From: Fimbriimonadales bacterium
Lineage (GTDB): Bacteria > Armatimonadota > Fimbriimonadia > Fimbriimonadales > JABRVX01
NCBI GenBank assembly: GCA_045862955.1
Contig: BTVI01000003.1
Location: 47,552 to 111,551, forward strand
DNA length: 64,000 nt
Reading direction: 5' to 3'
The translations under genes were made by a program, and so were the position numbers. Each line of letters begins with the position of its first letter. The stretch's first letter is position 1. The notes under the pieces were generated by a model. The model was not told the DNA's origin, searched no databases, and worked only from the letters and a program-made list of their open reading frames with translations. Shown here in pieces: positions 1 through 10,858 of the stretch.

Positions 1-1
1 T

Positions 2-913
2 GTTGGGCACGTCGCGGCACTGGGCGAGTTGAGTGCGACCGAAGGTGCCTGGCGCGCGCAGTCCTCCCTCGAGCATCTCCCACGTGTTCCCCGAGTCATT
101 CGTCTTGAATACACCTTCTTTGGGTGGGGTCCCACCACAGGCGTAGAAGGTATCCGGCTGCTTGGGGCTGTTGACGACGTCGCGGAAGTAGCCCTCGAGC
201 AGTCGCGTCCAGGTGTTGCCTCCATCGAGAGAGCGAAAGAGACCGCGCGATGTGGCGGCCAGCAGCAACCCCGGGATCTTGGGGCTCGCGGTCAGCTTGG
301 CCCAATACGCGCCCGCGAACTGCTCTTCGGCCAGCAGCTCCCATGTGCGGCCCGCATCCATTGAGCGCAAGAGCCCCGCACCGAAGTAGCTGTCTCCGGA
401 GCCGTGCGCCTCACCAGTGCCCGCGTAGATGATGTCCGGGTTGAATGGGTCGAGAATGAGCGAGCCGAAAGAGAGAGACGCCTCGAAGTCCGAGAGCGGC
501 TCCCAACTCGCACCCCGGTTGGTGCTCTTGAACACTCCGCCGTGCGATGCGCCGATGTAGATGCGGTTGGTGTTGCGCGGGTCCACCGCGATGCTACTGA
601 CACGCCCCGCACACTCGTACCCGCCCCATCCATCGCGGAGTTTGCTGGGACCGATGAACTCCCACGCGGGCACGTTGCCCTTGGCATCCGTCCAGTAAGG
701 CAACTGGAGAGCGGCCAGCCAGGCCGAACGCCGCGCCTGCCACGCGGGCGCCTGGGGCGAGACGCGGAGCTGGTCGAAGTACTCCTCACGCTGCTCGAGT
801 AGCTTGGCATACTGAGAGACGAGCTGTACGGGCGGGCGGTCTTGCGCGTCCTTCGGTGGGCCTATTTGTACGAGAAAGGCGGCGAGCACGACCAGCGATG
901 CAACGAACCCCAT
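2..913 (-). CDS. Secreted BNR/Asp-box repeat beta-propeller protein (VPS10/GH74-like), runs off the window edge
   Basis: Not in the ORF track. Manual translation: MGFVASLVVLAAFLVQ...WEFIGP...GRVSSIAVDPRNTNRIYIGASHGGVFKSTNRGASW...RSMDAGRTW...RSLDGGNTW, with repeated S-x-D-x-G-x-T-W Asp-boxes and a hydrophobic N-terminus. Confidence 0.8.
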   Translation of the reverse strand, partial: MGFVASLVVLAAFLVQIGPPKDAQDRPPVQLVSQYAKLLEQREEYFDQLRVSPQAPAWQARRSAWLAALQLPYWTDAKGNVPAWEFIGPSKLRDGWGGYECAGRVSSIAVDPRNTNRIYIGASHGGVFKSTNRGASWEPLSDFEASLSFGSLILDPFNPDIIYAGTGEAHGSGDSYFGAGLLRSMDAGRTWELLAEEQFAGAYWAKLTASPKIPGLLLAATSRGLFRSLDGGNTWTRLLEGYFRDVVNSPKQPDTFYACGGTPPKEGVFKTNDSGNTWEMLEGGLRAPGTFGRTQLAQCRDVPN

Positions 914-1238
914 GCACTCCCGTTACGCCATCGAAATCCTCCTTCCTGCCCCGGTGACCTCGTGGCAGTAGGGGTTACCAGTATCGCAACAGTCGGCACA
1001 CTGGCTGGACCTACGCGCTGCCCACACCTGCCCATGCGGTCTCGGGTCTGCCGGCATTCGAGAGCCATGGCGCTCACGGGCGATGCGGCCAACGGTACGG
1101 GGCAGCGAGCTGAGAGCCCGTGGGCCCCTCCGCGTATTCCGCTCTCATTCCGAGCCAGCCCGCAGTAGTGGTGGAGACATCAGCGCGCAGCAGGGCGGCA
1201 GCGATCGACGGGAGACCTGTCGCGGTAAACTGAGCCCC

Positions 1239-1979
1239 ATGCGACACAAGGACCGGACCGCCTTGGTCACCGGCGGCTGCCGGGGCATCGGATTGGCGGT
1301 CGCGCTGAGGCTGGCAGAGGAAGGCGCCGACGTCGCCATTATCTCCATCTCTCCCGAGTGCGTGGCAGCGGGCGTCGAGCGCATCCGCGCCCTCGGACGT
1401 CGTTCCGTGGGTGTCCCCGCCGACGTCTCCAAGACCGAGGAGGTGGAGCGGGCCTTCGGCCTGGTGACTCAGGAGCTCGGCGACATCCACTATTTGGTGA
1501 ACAATGCCGGCGTCACCCGGGACCAGCTCCTGCTGCGGATGAAGGACGAGGACTGGGACCGCGTGATCAACGTGAACCTGAGGGGGGCCTTTCTGTGCAC
1601 GCGCCAGGTTACGCGCTCGATGATGAAGAACCGCTTTGGCCGCATCGTGAACATCAGCAGCATCGTGGGCCTCGGTGGGCAGGTGGCGCAGGCGAACTAT
1701 GCGGCGAGCAAGGCCGGGCTGATCGGGCTGACCAAGAGTGTTGCGAAGGAACTCGGCTCGCGGGGTATCACATGCAACGCCGTCGCCCCGGGCTACATTC
1801 AGACCGAGATGACCCGGGACTTGCCGGAAGAGTTTCGAAGCTGGGCTGAGGAGCACGCGCCGCTGCGGCGCCTCGGATCGGTCGAGGACGTAGCGGGCGT
1901 GGTCAGTTTTCTGCTGTCCGATGACGCTGCGTTCATCACGGGTCAGACGCTGGTGGTGGACGGCGGGCTAACTCTATAG
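1239..1979 (+). CDS. fabG: 3-oxoacyl-ACP reductase
   Basis: SDR motifs TGGCRGIG, NNAGVTRD and YAASK; directly upstream of acpP-fabF; start trimmed to the ATG at 1239. Confidence 0.93.
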   Translation: MRHKDRTALVTGGCRGIGLAVALRLAEEGADVAIISISPECVAAGVERIRALGRRSVGVPADVSKTEEVERAFGLVTQELGDIHYLVNNAGVTRDQLLLRMKDEDWDRVINVNLRGAFLCTRQVTRSMMKNRFGRIVNISSIVGLGGQVAQANYAASKAGLIGLTKSVAKELGSRGITCNAVAPGYIQTEMTRDLPEEFRSWAEEHAPLRRLGSVEDVAGVVSFLLSDDAAFITGQTLVVDGGLTL

Positions 1980-2027
1980 GGGACCGGGCCGCCGGGTGGT
2001 GGTCCGAAGCACGGAAGGAGTGAACTT

Positions 2028-2267
2028 ATGGACCAGGCAATTTACGAGCGCGTCGTGAAGCACGCAGTGGAGCAGCTGCACGTGAAGCCGGAGGACCTTA
2101 CGCCGACGACGTCCTTCGAGGGCGACCTCAACGCAGACTCGCTGGACGTCGTCGAACTGGTGATGAAGCTGGAGGAGGAGTTCGGGGTCGAGATCCCGGA
2201 CGTGGACGTGGACAAGATCAAGACCGTCGGCGATGCCGTGGAGTACATCTCCGGCAAGCTCGGCTGA
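2028..2267 (+). CDS. acpP: Acyl carrier protein
   Basis: [14 protein letters not shown] phosphopantetheine motif; acidic 79 aa; AGGAG RBS. Confidence 0.96.
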   Translation: MDQAIYERVVKHAVEQLHVKPEDLTPTTSFEGDLNADSLDVVELVMKLEEEFGVEIPDVDVDKIKTVGDAVEYISGKLG

Positions 2268-2282
2268 CCGACGGCGATACTG

Positions 2283-3542
2283 ATGGCTGAACGCACGCAA
2301 CCGGCCCACCGCGTCGTCGTTACCGGCATCGGCGTCGTCACACCGATTGGCCTGAACCTGCGCGAGTTCTGGGAGGGCTGCCTCGAAGGCAGGTCTGGCG
2401 CGGGCCCTATCACGCTGATGGACGCTTCGGCGTACGACTGCCGGATTGCCGCCGAAGTGAAGGGCTTCGACCCGAGCGCGTTCATGGACCCCAAGACCGT
2501 GCGCAGGTCCGACCGCTTCACGCAGTTCGGTATCGCTGCCACAGAGATGGCGCGCCAGGATGCTGGGCTAACGATCGACGAGTCGAACGCGGAGCGCATT
2601 GGCGTGATGATCGGCTCTGGCATCGGCGGCATCGGCAAGCTGGAGGCCGAGTACGATGTGCTGATGGAGAAGGGCCCCAGTCGGGTGAGCCCTCTTCTCG
2701 TTCCCATGATGATCCCGGACATGGGCTCGGGCATGGTTTCCATTCAGCTCGGCGCGAAGGGGCCGAACTCGTGTGTGGTGACCGCGTGCTCGACCGGCAC
2801 GAACGCCATCGGAGATGCCTACCATATCATTCGTCGGGGGGATGCCGACGCGATGTTCGCGGGTGGCACAGAGGCGCCGATTACGAAGACGGGTCTCGGC
2901 GGTTTCTGCGCCGCCAAGGCCGTAACCTTCCGGAACGACGATCCGCAGCACGCCAGCCGGCCCTTCGACAAGGAGCGGGACGGCTTCCTAATGGCCGAAG
3001 GGGCAGGCGTGCTGGTGTTGGAGCGCCTGGAGTTCGCGAAGGCTCGAGGTGCAAGGATTTATGCCGAGATCGTAGGATACGGCATGACGGGGGACGCCTT
3101 TCACATCACGCAGCCCGATCCAGAGGGTGACGGGGCTTACCGAGCGATGCGCATGGCGCTCGACACAGCGGGGCTGCCGCCCGAGTCGGTGGACTACATC
3201 AATGCCCACGGGACATCCACCCCTCTGAACGACAAGTTGGAGACATTGGCCATCAAGCGAGCGTTCGGCGATCATGCCAGGAAACTCGCCATTAGTTCCA
3301 CCAAGTCCATGGTGGGCCACCTCTTGGGGGCTGCGGGGGCGGTGGAGGCCGCCGCCTGCCTGATGGCTATCCAGACCAACACGCTGCCGCCGACCATTAA
3401 CTACGAGGTACCCGACCCCGAGTGCGACTTGGACTACGTGCCCAACACGGCTCGGGACGCCAGGGTGAACGTCGTGCTGTCCAACTCGTTCGGGTTCGGG
3501 GGGCACAACGCCACCATCCTGTTCAAGAGGTTCACCGACTAG
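2283..3542 (+). CDS. fabF: Beta-ketoacyl-ACP synthase II
   Basis: [25 protein letters not shown] and [10 protein letters not shown] motifs. Confidence 0.96.
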   Translation: MAERTQPAHRVVVTGIGVVTPIGLNLREFWEGCLEGRSGAGPITLMDASAYDCRIAAEVKGFDPSAFMDPKTVRRSDRFTQFGIAATEMARQDAGLTIDESNAERIGVMIGSGIGGIGKLEAEYDVLMEKGPSRVSPLLVPMMIPDMGSGMVSIQLGAKGPNSCVVTACSTGTNAIGDAYHIIRRGDADAMFAGGTEAPITKTGLGGFCAAKAVTFRNDDPQHASRPFDKERDGFLMAEGAGVLVLERLEFAKARGARIYAEIVGYGMTGDAFHITQPDPEGDGAYRAMRMALDTAGLPPESVDYINAHGTSTPLNDKLETLAIKRAFGDHARKLAISSTKSMVGHLLGAAGAVEAAACLMAIQTNTLPPTINYEVPDPECDLDYVPNTARDARVNVVLSNSFGFGGHNATILFKRFTD

Positions 3543-3545
3543 GTA

Positions 3546-3956
3546 TTGGTATCCGAGGCTGCAGAGCTGATGCGAGCGGAGGATGTGCCTCCGGGCCACA
3601 ACGAGCCGTCCCTCGCCGACCGGCGAGCGCTGGCAGGGCTCGTGATGTCTTACGTCGCTCTTAGTCTGTCCGCGCTGGCGTGGGCTACTGCGCTGGTGTT
3701 CCTCGCCGCTTTCCGCAAGGACCTCGATGTGGGCCCATGGCTGGTGCTGGGTGCCGGGATTGCGTCGCTCGCCGGGTGCGTGCTTTCGTGGATGGCTCGG
3801 CGCCGCGTGCGCGATGCCTCGCATCTGCACGCCGCGCTCGACTTCGTGTCCACGTTCGCTTGGCACGTGTCGTGGACGAGCCTCGTGGTCGTGATGTTCT
3901 GCGCATCCCAGGTCTACTCGGCCTGGCAGGCAGCGCAGGAAGAGGTGGTGCTGTAG
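3546..3956 (+). CDS. Hypothetical membrane protein (about 3 TM segments)
   Basis: Hydrophobic segments; begins 3 nt after the fabF stop; start could be the ATG at 3570. Confidence 0.6.
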   Translation: MVSEAAELMRAEDVPPGHNEPSLADRRALAGLVMSYVALSLSALAWATALVFLAAFRKDLDVGPWLVLGAGIASLAGCVLSWMARRRVRDASHLHAALDFVSTFAWHVSWTSLVVVMFCASQVYSAWQAAQEEVVL

Positions 3957-4093
3957 CCTTCCTGATTGCTCGGACCGCCTGCATAGCCGCCGCCACGCCA
4001 AGTCCTGGCAGGAGTCTCTTGGTCCCATAGGCAGGCATACACGAATGTCTACATGTCGTGTACAATGGTCGTTTGCCGAAAAGGGGAGGCCAG

Positions 4094-7003
4094 ATGCCGC
4101 AGGACAAGATCGTCGTCGTTGGAGCACGCCAACACAACCTGAAGAACATCACCGTAGAGATCCCGCGTGACAAGCTGGTGGTGATCACCGGCCTCTCGGG
4201 TTCGGGCAAGTCCAGCCTCGCCTTCGACACCATCTATGCGGAGGGGCAGCGCCGGTACGTCGAGAGCCTCTCCGTCTACGCTCGGCAGTTCTTGGGGCAG
4301 ATGGACAAGCCGGACGTGGACCACATAGACGGCCTCTCCCCCGCTGTCTCGATTGATCAGAAGGGCGCCAGCAAGAACCCCCGCTCTACGGTGGGCACGG
4401 TGACAGAGATCTACGACTACCTTCGCGTGCTGTTCGCACGGGTCGGCATTCCCCACTGCCCTCAGTGCGGCGAGCCCATCACTCGGCAGTCGGTGGAGCA
4501 GATCACGGACGCGGTGCTCGGGCTCCCCACGGGCAGCAAGATCCAGGTGCTGGCCCCGTTGGTTCGGGGACGAAAGGGGGAGTACAGGCAGGTGCTCCAA
4601 GACGTGCACCGGCAGGGTTTCGTGCGCGTGCGAGTGGATGGCCTAATCTACGAGGTGACCGACGACATCCCGATGGACCGGTACAAACAGCACACGATCG
4701 AAGCGGTGGTGGACCGCCTCGTGGTGAAGGAGGGTATCGAGCAACGGCTAGCCGACTCCATCGAGACCGGACTGCGGCTGGGCAAGGGGCACCTGGTGAT
4801 CCTGGGCCCGAACGGCGACGAGCGCATGTTCTCGGAGCAGTTTGCGTGCCCACGCTGCGACATCAGCGTCGGCGAGATCGAGCCCCGGACCTTCTCCTTC
4901 AACAGCCCGTACGGAGCGTGCTCCGAGTGCACAGGCTTGGGTTTTCGGCGCGAGTTCGATATCCAGCTGATGGTGCCGGACTCGACCAAATCGGTCCGCG
5001 AAGGCGCGCTGGCCCCATTCATGCACAAGAGCGGTGATCCGAAGTCCTGGTACCCGGAGCTGTTCGAAGCGGTGGCGGAGCGTGTCGGCTTCGACATAGA
5101 CACTCCCTGGCAAGACCTCGCTCCCAAACACGTTGCGGCGCTGATGGACGGAGTGGAAGGCAAGGTTTCCGTCCGCCTGGGCAGCCGCTTCGGACGCGCC
5201 CGCTACTTCGAGACGGATTTCCCCGGCGTAAAGGCCATCCTTCGCAAGAAGTATGAGCAGACCGAGTCCGATTGGGTGAAGCAGGACCTCGAGCAGTACA
5301 TGGCGGAGCGCCCCTGCCCTGCTTGCGGCGGCAAGCGGCTGAAACCCGAAGCCCTCTCGGTGACCTTGGCCGGGAAGGCCATCTCAGACGTCACCTCGAT
5401 GTCCGTGAGCCAGGCCGCCGAGTTCTTCGCTCGTCTGCCGAAGGAGTTGCGTGAGCGCGAACGCTTCATCGCCAGCCGCCTCATCAAGGAGATCCGGGAG
5501 CGGCTAGACTTTCTTAGCGGCGTGGGCGTGGGCTATCTGACGCTGGACCGGACGGCGCGGACGCTTGCGGGCGGCGAGGCCCAGCGTATCCGACTGGCGA
5601 CGCAGATAGGCAGCGGGCTAATGGGCGTGTTGTACATCCTAGACGAGCCTTCAATCGGCTTGCACCAACGGGACAACCGCAAACTGATTGGGACGCTGGA
5701 GCGGCTGCGCGACCTGGGCAACACCGTGATCGTAGTGGAGCATGACGAGGAGACCATGCTGGCCGCCGACCACATCATCGACCTCGGCCCCGGGGCAGGC
5801 GAGCACGGCGGACATGTGGTCGCGGAGGGCACCGTGGAGCAGATTCGGCGCACTCCGGGGAGTATCACGGGGGCTTACCTGCGCGGCGAGCGGGCGATCC
5901 CAGTACCGGTGCGACGACGCCCGGTGAACGACAAGTGGATCGTGATCCGAGGCGCTCGCGCGCACAACCTGAAGAACGTGGAGGCGAGGATCCCGCTCGG
6001 CGTGTTCGTGTGTGTGACGGGCGTGTCGGGCAGCGGCAAGTCCACGCTGATCCAGGAGACGCTGTTTCCGCGCCTCATGTACCACGTCTACGGCACTCGA
6101 ACCGTGTGGGGCCCGCACGACGACATAACCGGCATGGAGCACGTGGACAAGGTGGTGGACATCGATCAGTCTCCAATCGGCCGCACACCGCGCAGCAATC
6201 CGGCTACCTATACCGGTGCGTTCAATATGATCCGTGATCTGTTCGCGCGCACGACGGACGCTCGGGTGCGCGGATACAAACCCGGGCGGTTCAGCTTCAA
6301 CGTGAAGGGCGGTCGCTGTGAGGCGTGCCAAGGCGACGGCATCATCAAGATAGAGATGCACTTCCTACCCGACGTGTACGTGCCGTGCGAGGTGTGCAAA
6401 GGCAAGCGCTACAACCGGGAGACGCTGGAGGTGAAGTACAAGGGTAAGTCCATCGCAGACGTGCTCGAGATGACTGTCGAGGAGGCCTTAGAGTTCTTCG
6501 GCCCAGTGCCGCCGCTCAAGCGCAAGATCGGCACGCTGATGGACGTTGGCCTAGGCTACATCAGACTGGGACAGCCTGCCACCACGCTTTCGGGAGGCGA
6601 GGCACAGCGCATCAAGTTGGCCGACCACCTATCGAAGCGAAGCACCGGCCGAACCGTGTACATTCTGGACGAGCCGACCACCGGTCTGCACTTCGAGGAC
6701 GTGAACAAGTTGCTGGGGGTGCTGCATCGCCTGGTAGATCAGGGCAACTCCGTCATCGTGATCGAGCACAACCTGGACGTCATCAAGACAGCCGATTGGG
6801 TATTGGACATGGGACCCGAGGGCGGCGATGAGGGAGGCCAGGTGATCGCCGAGGGGACGCCAGAGCAGGTCGCGGCCACGAAGGGGACCCATACCGGGCG
6901 CTACCTGAAGGCGATGCTCAAGGGTGCGCCACGGGGCGAACTCGGTGCCAGGGACGGCCGTCCCGTGGGTGAGGCCGAACCCGCTCTCGTGGGCGAGGGC
7001 TAA
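4094..7003 (+). CDS. uvrA: Excinuclease ABC subunit A
   Basis: Two ABC ATPase domains ([18 protein letters not shown]), CxxC zinc fingers, [19 protein letters not shown] before the ATG at 4094. Confidence 0.97.
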   Translation: MPQDKIVVVGARQHNLKNITVEIPRDKLVVITGLSGSGKSSLAFDTIYAEGQRRYVESLSVYARQFLGQMDKPDVDHIDGLSPAVSIDQKGASKNPRSTVGTVTEIYDYLRVLFARVGIPHCPQCGEPITRQSVEQITDAVLGLPTGSKIQVLAPLVRGRKGEYRQVLQDVHRQGFVRVRVDGLIYEVTDDIPMDRYKQHTIEAVVDRLVVKEGIEQRLADSIETGLRLGKGHLVILGPNGDERMFSEQFACPRCDISVGEIEPRTFSFNSPYGACSECTGLGFRREFDIQLMVPDSTKSVREGALAPFMHKSGDPKSWYPELFEAVAERVGFDIDTPWQDLAPKHVAALMDGVEGKVSVRLGSRFGRARYFETDFPGVKAILRKKYEQTESDWVKQDLEQYMAERPCPACGGKRLKPEALSVTLAGKAISDVTSMSVSQAAEFFARLPKELRERERFIASRLIKEIRERLDFLSGVGVGYLTLDRTARTLAGGEAQRIRLATQIGSGLMGVLYILDEPSIGLHQRDNRKLIGTLERLRDLGNTVIVVEHDEETMLAADHIIDLGPGAGEHGGHVVAEGTVEQIRRTPGSITGAYLRGERAIPVPVRRRPVNDKWIVIRGARAHNLKNVEARIPLGVFVCVTGVSGSGKSTLIQETLFPRLMYHVYGTRTVWGPHDDITGMEHVDKVVDIDQSPIGRTPRSNPATYTGAFNMIRDLFARTTDARVRGYKPGRFSFNVKGGRCEACQGDGIIKIEMHFLPDVYVPCEVCKGKRYNRETLEVKYKGKSIADVLEMTVEEALEFFGPVPPLKRKIGTLMDVGLGYIRLGQPATTLSGGEAQRIKLADHLSKRSTGRTVYILDEPTTGLHFEDVNKLLGVLHRLVDQGNSVIVIEHNLDVIKTADWVLDMGPEGGDEGGQVIAEGTPEQVAATKGTHTGRYLKAMLKGAPRGELGARDGRPVGEAEPALVGEG

Positions 7004-7075
7004 CCGGGACGTTGCACTTGTCGGCGCCTGTGCGGGCATAATTGCTTCGGGATGCCACTTCAAGGAGGAATCATC

Positions 7076-8335
7076 ATGAGCAGGATCGGCATTCGCCTCG
7101 GACTAGCCGTAGCAGCCCTCCTCGTCTCTGTCTGCGCACTCGCACAAGACGGCTGGGACTACGAGGTGTCCATCGAGGCGCGCGTGCGCGGTGAGGCTCG
7201 CGACAACCGCGACTTCTTCGACGCCTCGAACGACCGTAGGGACGACATCTTCGGCCGATTGCGTGTCGGCTTTCGAATGTTCAACGAGGAGCAGGGGGTC
7301 TCTCTCTTCTTGCAGCCGCAGGAGTCGTACGACCAGTACTACACGCCTGCGCGCAACGATAACGACCACTACTTCGACATCTATCAGGCCTATGCGGAGT
7401 TTCAGGACAACACCAAGGCATGGAAAGTGCGTGGCGGCAGACAGGATGTGACGATGGGGCGCAAGCGCCTCTTCGGAGCCGGCTATTGGGGCAACTTCGG
7501 ACGGTCCTATGACGGCTTGCGCATAGACTATGCTGTCACTAGCCAGGTTAACATCACCGCCTTCGGTGGCACCATTGGCTCGTCGGGCAGGCGGCCGCGG
7601 CATCCCGACATCGGCTTAGTCTTCGGTGAGTGGAAGTCGAAGGAAGGACCCGCCGAGGTGTACTACATCTACAAGCATGACAATCTCGCGGGGATCTCCA
7701 ACACCGTGCATACGTTCGGGGCTCGGGCTGAGCGCAAACTGAAGAACGGCATAGACTTCATCGCCGAAGCTGCATTCCAGAGTGGCGACTATGGCGACAA
7801 GAGTATCGAAGCGATGGGAGCATACTTGACAGGCGGATACACGTTCCAGGCTCCCTGGAAGCCGCGGCTCGGGTTCGAGGTCACCTATGCGTCGGGCGGC
7901 GACCCCGCGGATGACAAGTACAAGACCTTCGACCAGCTCTTCGCAATCGTCCATCCGGAGTATGGGATTGCCGACTATCAGGGCTGGCGGAACATGCGTG
8001 CGCTCATGATTGACGTGACGGCGGTTCCCGCCAAGAACTGGCAGTTCCGTGCCGCTCATCACTGGTTCCGATTGGACAACGCGAAGGATGCCTGGTACGG
8101 CTCGACCGGCGGGAAGAACTCGGGGGCTGGAGGCACCTATCAGGACCCGACGGGAGCCGCAGGCAAAGACGTTGGTCACGAACTAGACTTGATTCTCACC
8201 TATAAGCCGAACAAGGCTTGGGCCGCGGAGATTGGCGTCGCGCGCTTCTTCCCCGGTAGTTTCATCAAGACCATCAATGGTGGTAGTGCACAGAACTCGG
8301 ACTGGGGGTATCTGTCGGTCACCTGGTGGTACTGA
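7076..8335 (+). CDS. Alginate-export-family outer-membrane beta-barrel protein
   Basis: Signal peptide, RGGRQ...RSYDGLR, YASGGDP..KYKTFDQLF and GHELDL motifs, aromatic C-terminus; AGGAGG RBS. Confidence 0.75.
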   Translation: MSRIGIRLGLAVAALLVSVCALAQDGWDYEVSIEARVRGEARDNRDFFDASNDRRDDIFGRLRVGFRMFNEEQGVSLFLQPQESYDQYYTPARNDNDHYFDIYQAYAEFQDNTKAWKVRGGRQDVTMGRKRLFGAGYWGNFGRSYDGLRIDYAVTSQVNITAFGGTIGSSGRRPRHPDIGLVFGEWKSKEGPAEVYYIYKHDNLAGISNTVHTFGARAERKLKNGIDFIAEAAFQSGDYGDKSIEAMGAYLTGGYTFQAPWKPRLGFEVTYASGGDPADDKYKTFDQLFAIVHPEYGIADYQGWRNMRALMIDVTAVPAKNWQFRAAHHWFRLDNAKDAWYGSTGGKNSGAGGTYQDPTGAAGKDVGHELDLILTYKPNKAWAAEIGVARFFPGSFIKTINGGSAQNSDWGYLSVTWWY

Positions 8336-8387
8336 CAGCTAGCTTCCGCTACATGCCGTATCCCTCGCCACTGGGAGAGGTGGGTCT

Positions 8388-9190
8388 GTGCGAGGGTGCA
8401 GCCGTGCGGGGCCGTCATGCTGAGCCTGTCGAAGCATGCCCTCGCCATCCGCATGGTAGTGCCCGTCATGCTGAGCCTGTCGAAGCATGCTGCCTCCAGA
8501 CGCGCAGGTAGTAGCAGTAGAAGATCACGGGCGGCAATCGCCGTCATGCTTCGACAGGCTCAGCATGACGGCCCCGCACGGCTGCACCCTCGCACTGTCC
8601 CATCCTCTGCGGGTGTTGAGGGAAGCTCCTTTGGATAAGGGCGACCCGGAACCGACCACCGGTCGGGGACGAGGGCGGCTCAACCACGCTGTCCACGACT
8701 CTCGTCCCGACGACTCCGCATCCGTCCGCCAGAACTGGGATGCCGACCCTTCCGAGGCCGCTTCGCTTCGGGGGAAGGGGGGGCCGCGCGATTCCGCCTC
8801 GACGGCACGTGGGGTGATACGTTGGCGCCTGCCACTTACTCCCACCCCACCGACCCCTTATACCGTCATGCTGAGCCTGTCGAAGCATGCCCTCGCTATC
8901 CGCATGGTAGTATCCGGAGCCCGTCATGCTGAGCCTGTCGAAGCATGCTGCCTCCAGACGCGCAGGTAGTAGCAGTAGAAGATCACGTGCGGCTATCGCC
9001 GTCATGCTTCGACAGGCTCAGCATGACGGCGTGGGACGCTGCTGCTCACGCGTGGGATGCTGCTGCTCGCTAGGCGTGGGACGCCGCTGCTCACGCGTGG
9101 GATGCTGCTGCTCGCTAGGCGTGGGACGCTGCTGCTCACGCGTGGGATGCTGCTGCTCGCTAGGAGTGGGATGCTGCTGCTCACTAGGAG
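8388..9190. repeat. Intergenic repeat cluster: two 105-bp inverted-repeat elements (8465-8569, 8923-9027), two solo 25-bp arms (8414, 8865) and a 45-bp tandem array (9028-9190)
   Basis: GTCATGCTGAGCCTGTCGAAGCATG and its reverse complement read directly; unit GGCGTGGGACGCTGCTGCTCACGCGTGGGATGCTGCTGCTCGCTA x3 plus a partial copy. Confidence 0.92.
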
Positions 9191-9274
9191 CCTATTCAGG
9201 GCTGCTCAGTCTCTGACTGCGCTTGGTACACGCGATGCGAGCACGTTCGGGATGCCGCGAGGCAGAGCGCAGCG

Positions 9275-9994
9275 CTATCGCTTCTTCCGCCACCAGACGT
9301 AGCAGTTGTCGGCGTGGAGTTGATCGCGCGTCATCACCTTCGCATGGCCGTCCACGAAGGCTACCATTGCGGACTTCTTGCCGCCGTGTCGGTACTTCAC
9401 AATGCCGTAGTCGGCCGTGAAGATGCGGGTGCCGAGCGTCGTGTCCATGCACTTGTATGCTTCCGGCTCTGCGATCCAGTCACCGTCTCCGTTCTCCGTC
9501 ACTATGATCGTCTCGCTCGGCACTTCCACACCGTTCACACGGGCGGTCTTGTGATCCTGGTAGTCGGCGACGTTGGGGTTGACGTTGGTGAACACATCTA
9601 TGTACGCCCAGTTGTTGATGCCGTACTGCCCCAGAAACTTCACCTGCGGATTGGCGTAGTAGTCGCGGCAATCCCACCCTTTGCCCTCGAAGCTAGGACA
9701 GCTGTAGAGCTCGTCCGCCTTCTGATACGGCTTGGTGATCTGCTTCCACGAGGCGTTGTCGGCGCACCAAGGTCGGTCCCACAGCCAGGTGATAGGCAGC
9801 ACGTCGTCGTGGTCGCCGTAGTACATTGCGATGGCCATGCCCACCTGGCGCATCTGCTGTCCGCACACGACTTGCTTACCGTGCTCGCGAGCCCGCGAGA
9901 ATACGGGCAAAAGGATGGCGGCGAGCACCGCGATGATAGCGATGACCACCAGAAGCTCGATCAGCGTGAAGGCGCTGAGCCTCGATCGATTCAT
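9275..9994 (-). CDS. Prepilin-type N-terminal cleavage/methylation protein (DUF1559-like, H-X-DG C-terminal motif)
   Basis: [26 protein letters not shown]-terminus; RHGGKKSAMVAFVDGHAK near the C-terminus. Confidence 0.9.
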   Translation of the reverse strand: MNRSRLSAFTLIELLVVIAIIAVLAAILLPVFSRAREHGKQVVCGQQMRQVGMAIAMYYGDHDDVLPITWLWDRPWCADNASWKQITKPYQKADELYSCPSFEGKGWDCRDYYANPQVKFLGQYGINNWAYIDVFTNVNPNVADYQDHKTARVNGVEVPSETIIVTENGDGDWIAEPEAYKCMDTTLGTRIFTADYGIVKYRHGGKKSAMVAFVDGHAKVMTRDQLHADNCYVWWRKKR

Positions 9995-10206
9995 TGTTCT
10001 TCACTCCCGAGCCACTGAGCCGCAACTTCCGTGCCGTTCGGCGCCCCCAGAATGCTTCTTGCGATGCATGCAGCTCGAATTGAGAATATCAATCTGGACC
10101 TTGAGAAATCTTAGGTCCTTTGGCTCGCAGCGCAACGAAACACAAGGTCGGAGTGTATTCTGGGCAGAGCAGGTAGCCGTGATGGAGCCTGCAGGGGAGA
10201 GCGAGG

Positions 10207-10365
10207 ATGGAAATGGCGCTCAGTCTTACGAAGGAAGAGGCGTTTGCGCTGCTCGAGCTGGCGCTCGCCTCGGCGACGGAAGAGGACGAGGTGGGCGAGC
10301 GGGCATTGAGGAAGCTGGTAGAGGTATGCAAGCGGTACTTGAGCCAAGAGGTAGCGGTAGCCTAG
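10207..10365 (+). CDS. Small hypothetical protein, 52 aa (MEMALSLTKEEAFALLELALASATEEDEVGERALRKLVEVCKRYLSQEVAVA)
   Basis: Below the ORF-track size cutoff; purine-rich RBS (GGGGAGAGCGAGG); helical-looking protein sequence. Confidence 0.65.
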   Translation: MEMALSLTKEEAFALLELALASATEEDEVGERALRKLVEVCKRYLSQEVAVA

Positions 10366-10424
10366 GGACCGATGGGCCATCGTCCCCGAGGCTCCGGGGT
10401 AACCTCGAAGGGGAGGTGATCGGA

Positions 10425-10814
10425 GTGGCGTGTGATCGGGTTGCGCTGTCGCTGGGCATCGCGCTCGCCCTGTTTGCGGCAGGTTGCCGGCCTAGTTCCT
10501 CGGGGCGGGAGGTGGTGAAGCCCCAATCGGGTGGCGGCGCAGGCTCTCAGTTGGCTCGCAGCGACCCGTCAGCCGCGGACGGTGAAGCCCTCTTCGCCAG
10601 GCACGGCTGCATGAACTGTCACCGATACCAGGGGAGGGGGTCGCCTACACCCGGTCCAGCGCTGGACAAAGCGGGCCAGAAAGACGCGGAATGGCACCTC
10701 GCCCATCTGCGGGACCCGCGGTCCAAGTCGCCAGATAGCGATATGCCTAGCTATGCGCATCTGCCCGACGAGGACCTCGAGGCCTTGGCCCAGTGGTTGG
10801 CGACTCGCCGGTAG
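10425..10814 (+). CDS. Monoheme cytochrome c lipoprotein (CcoO/cbb3 subunit II-like domain)
   Basis: Lipobox FAAGC, CMNCH heme motif, WHLAHLRDPRSKSPDSDMPSY; GGAGG RBS before GTG. Confidence 0.82.
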   Translation: MACDRVALSLGIALALFAAGCRPSSSGREVVKPQSGGGAGSQLARSDPSAADGEALFARHGCMNCHRYQGRGSPTPGPALDKAGQKDAEWHLAHLRDPRSKSPDSDMPSYAHLPDEDLEALAQWLATRR

Positions 10815-10822
10815 AAACGCTG

Positions 10823-10852
10823 TTGACTCCCGCCGAGGCGGCGTGGGATAAT
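10823..10852 (+). promoter_or_regulatory. Sigma70-type promoter
   Basis: TTGACT-N18-GATAAT with an extended -10 TGn. Confidence 0.7.
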
Positions 10853-10858
10853 CCCGTC

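Noticed and set aside
1074..6361. Long antisense ORFs over fabG, fabF and uvrA (similar ones occur throughout the window)
   Set aside because: Shadow ORFs expected from high-GC codon bias opposite well-supported genes.
8414..9190. CRISPR array or integron attC cassette array
   Set aside because: The repeats are inverted pairs with irregular spacing and duplicated cores; no integrase or cassette ORFs.
8200..9302. ORFs containing VMLSLSKH / CFDRLSMT / MLRQAQHD
   Set aside because: These are translations of the palindromic repeat arms and recur in several frames at every copy.
9831..10424. N-terminal 200 aa of the 327-aa ORF ending at 10814
   Set aside because: Overlaps the prepilin gene and the 52-aa ORF; RBS and lipobox place the real start at 10425.
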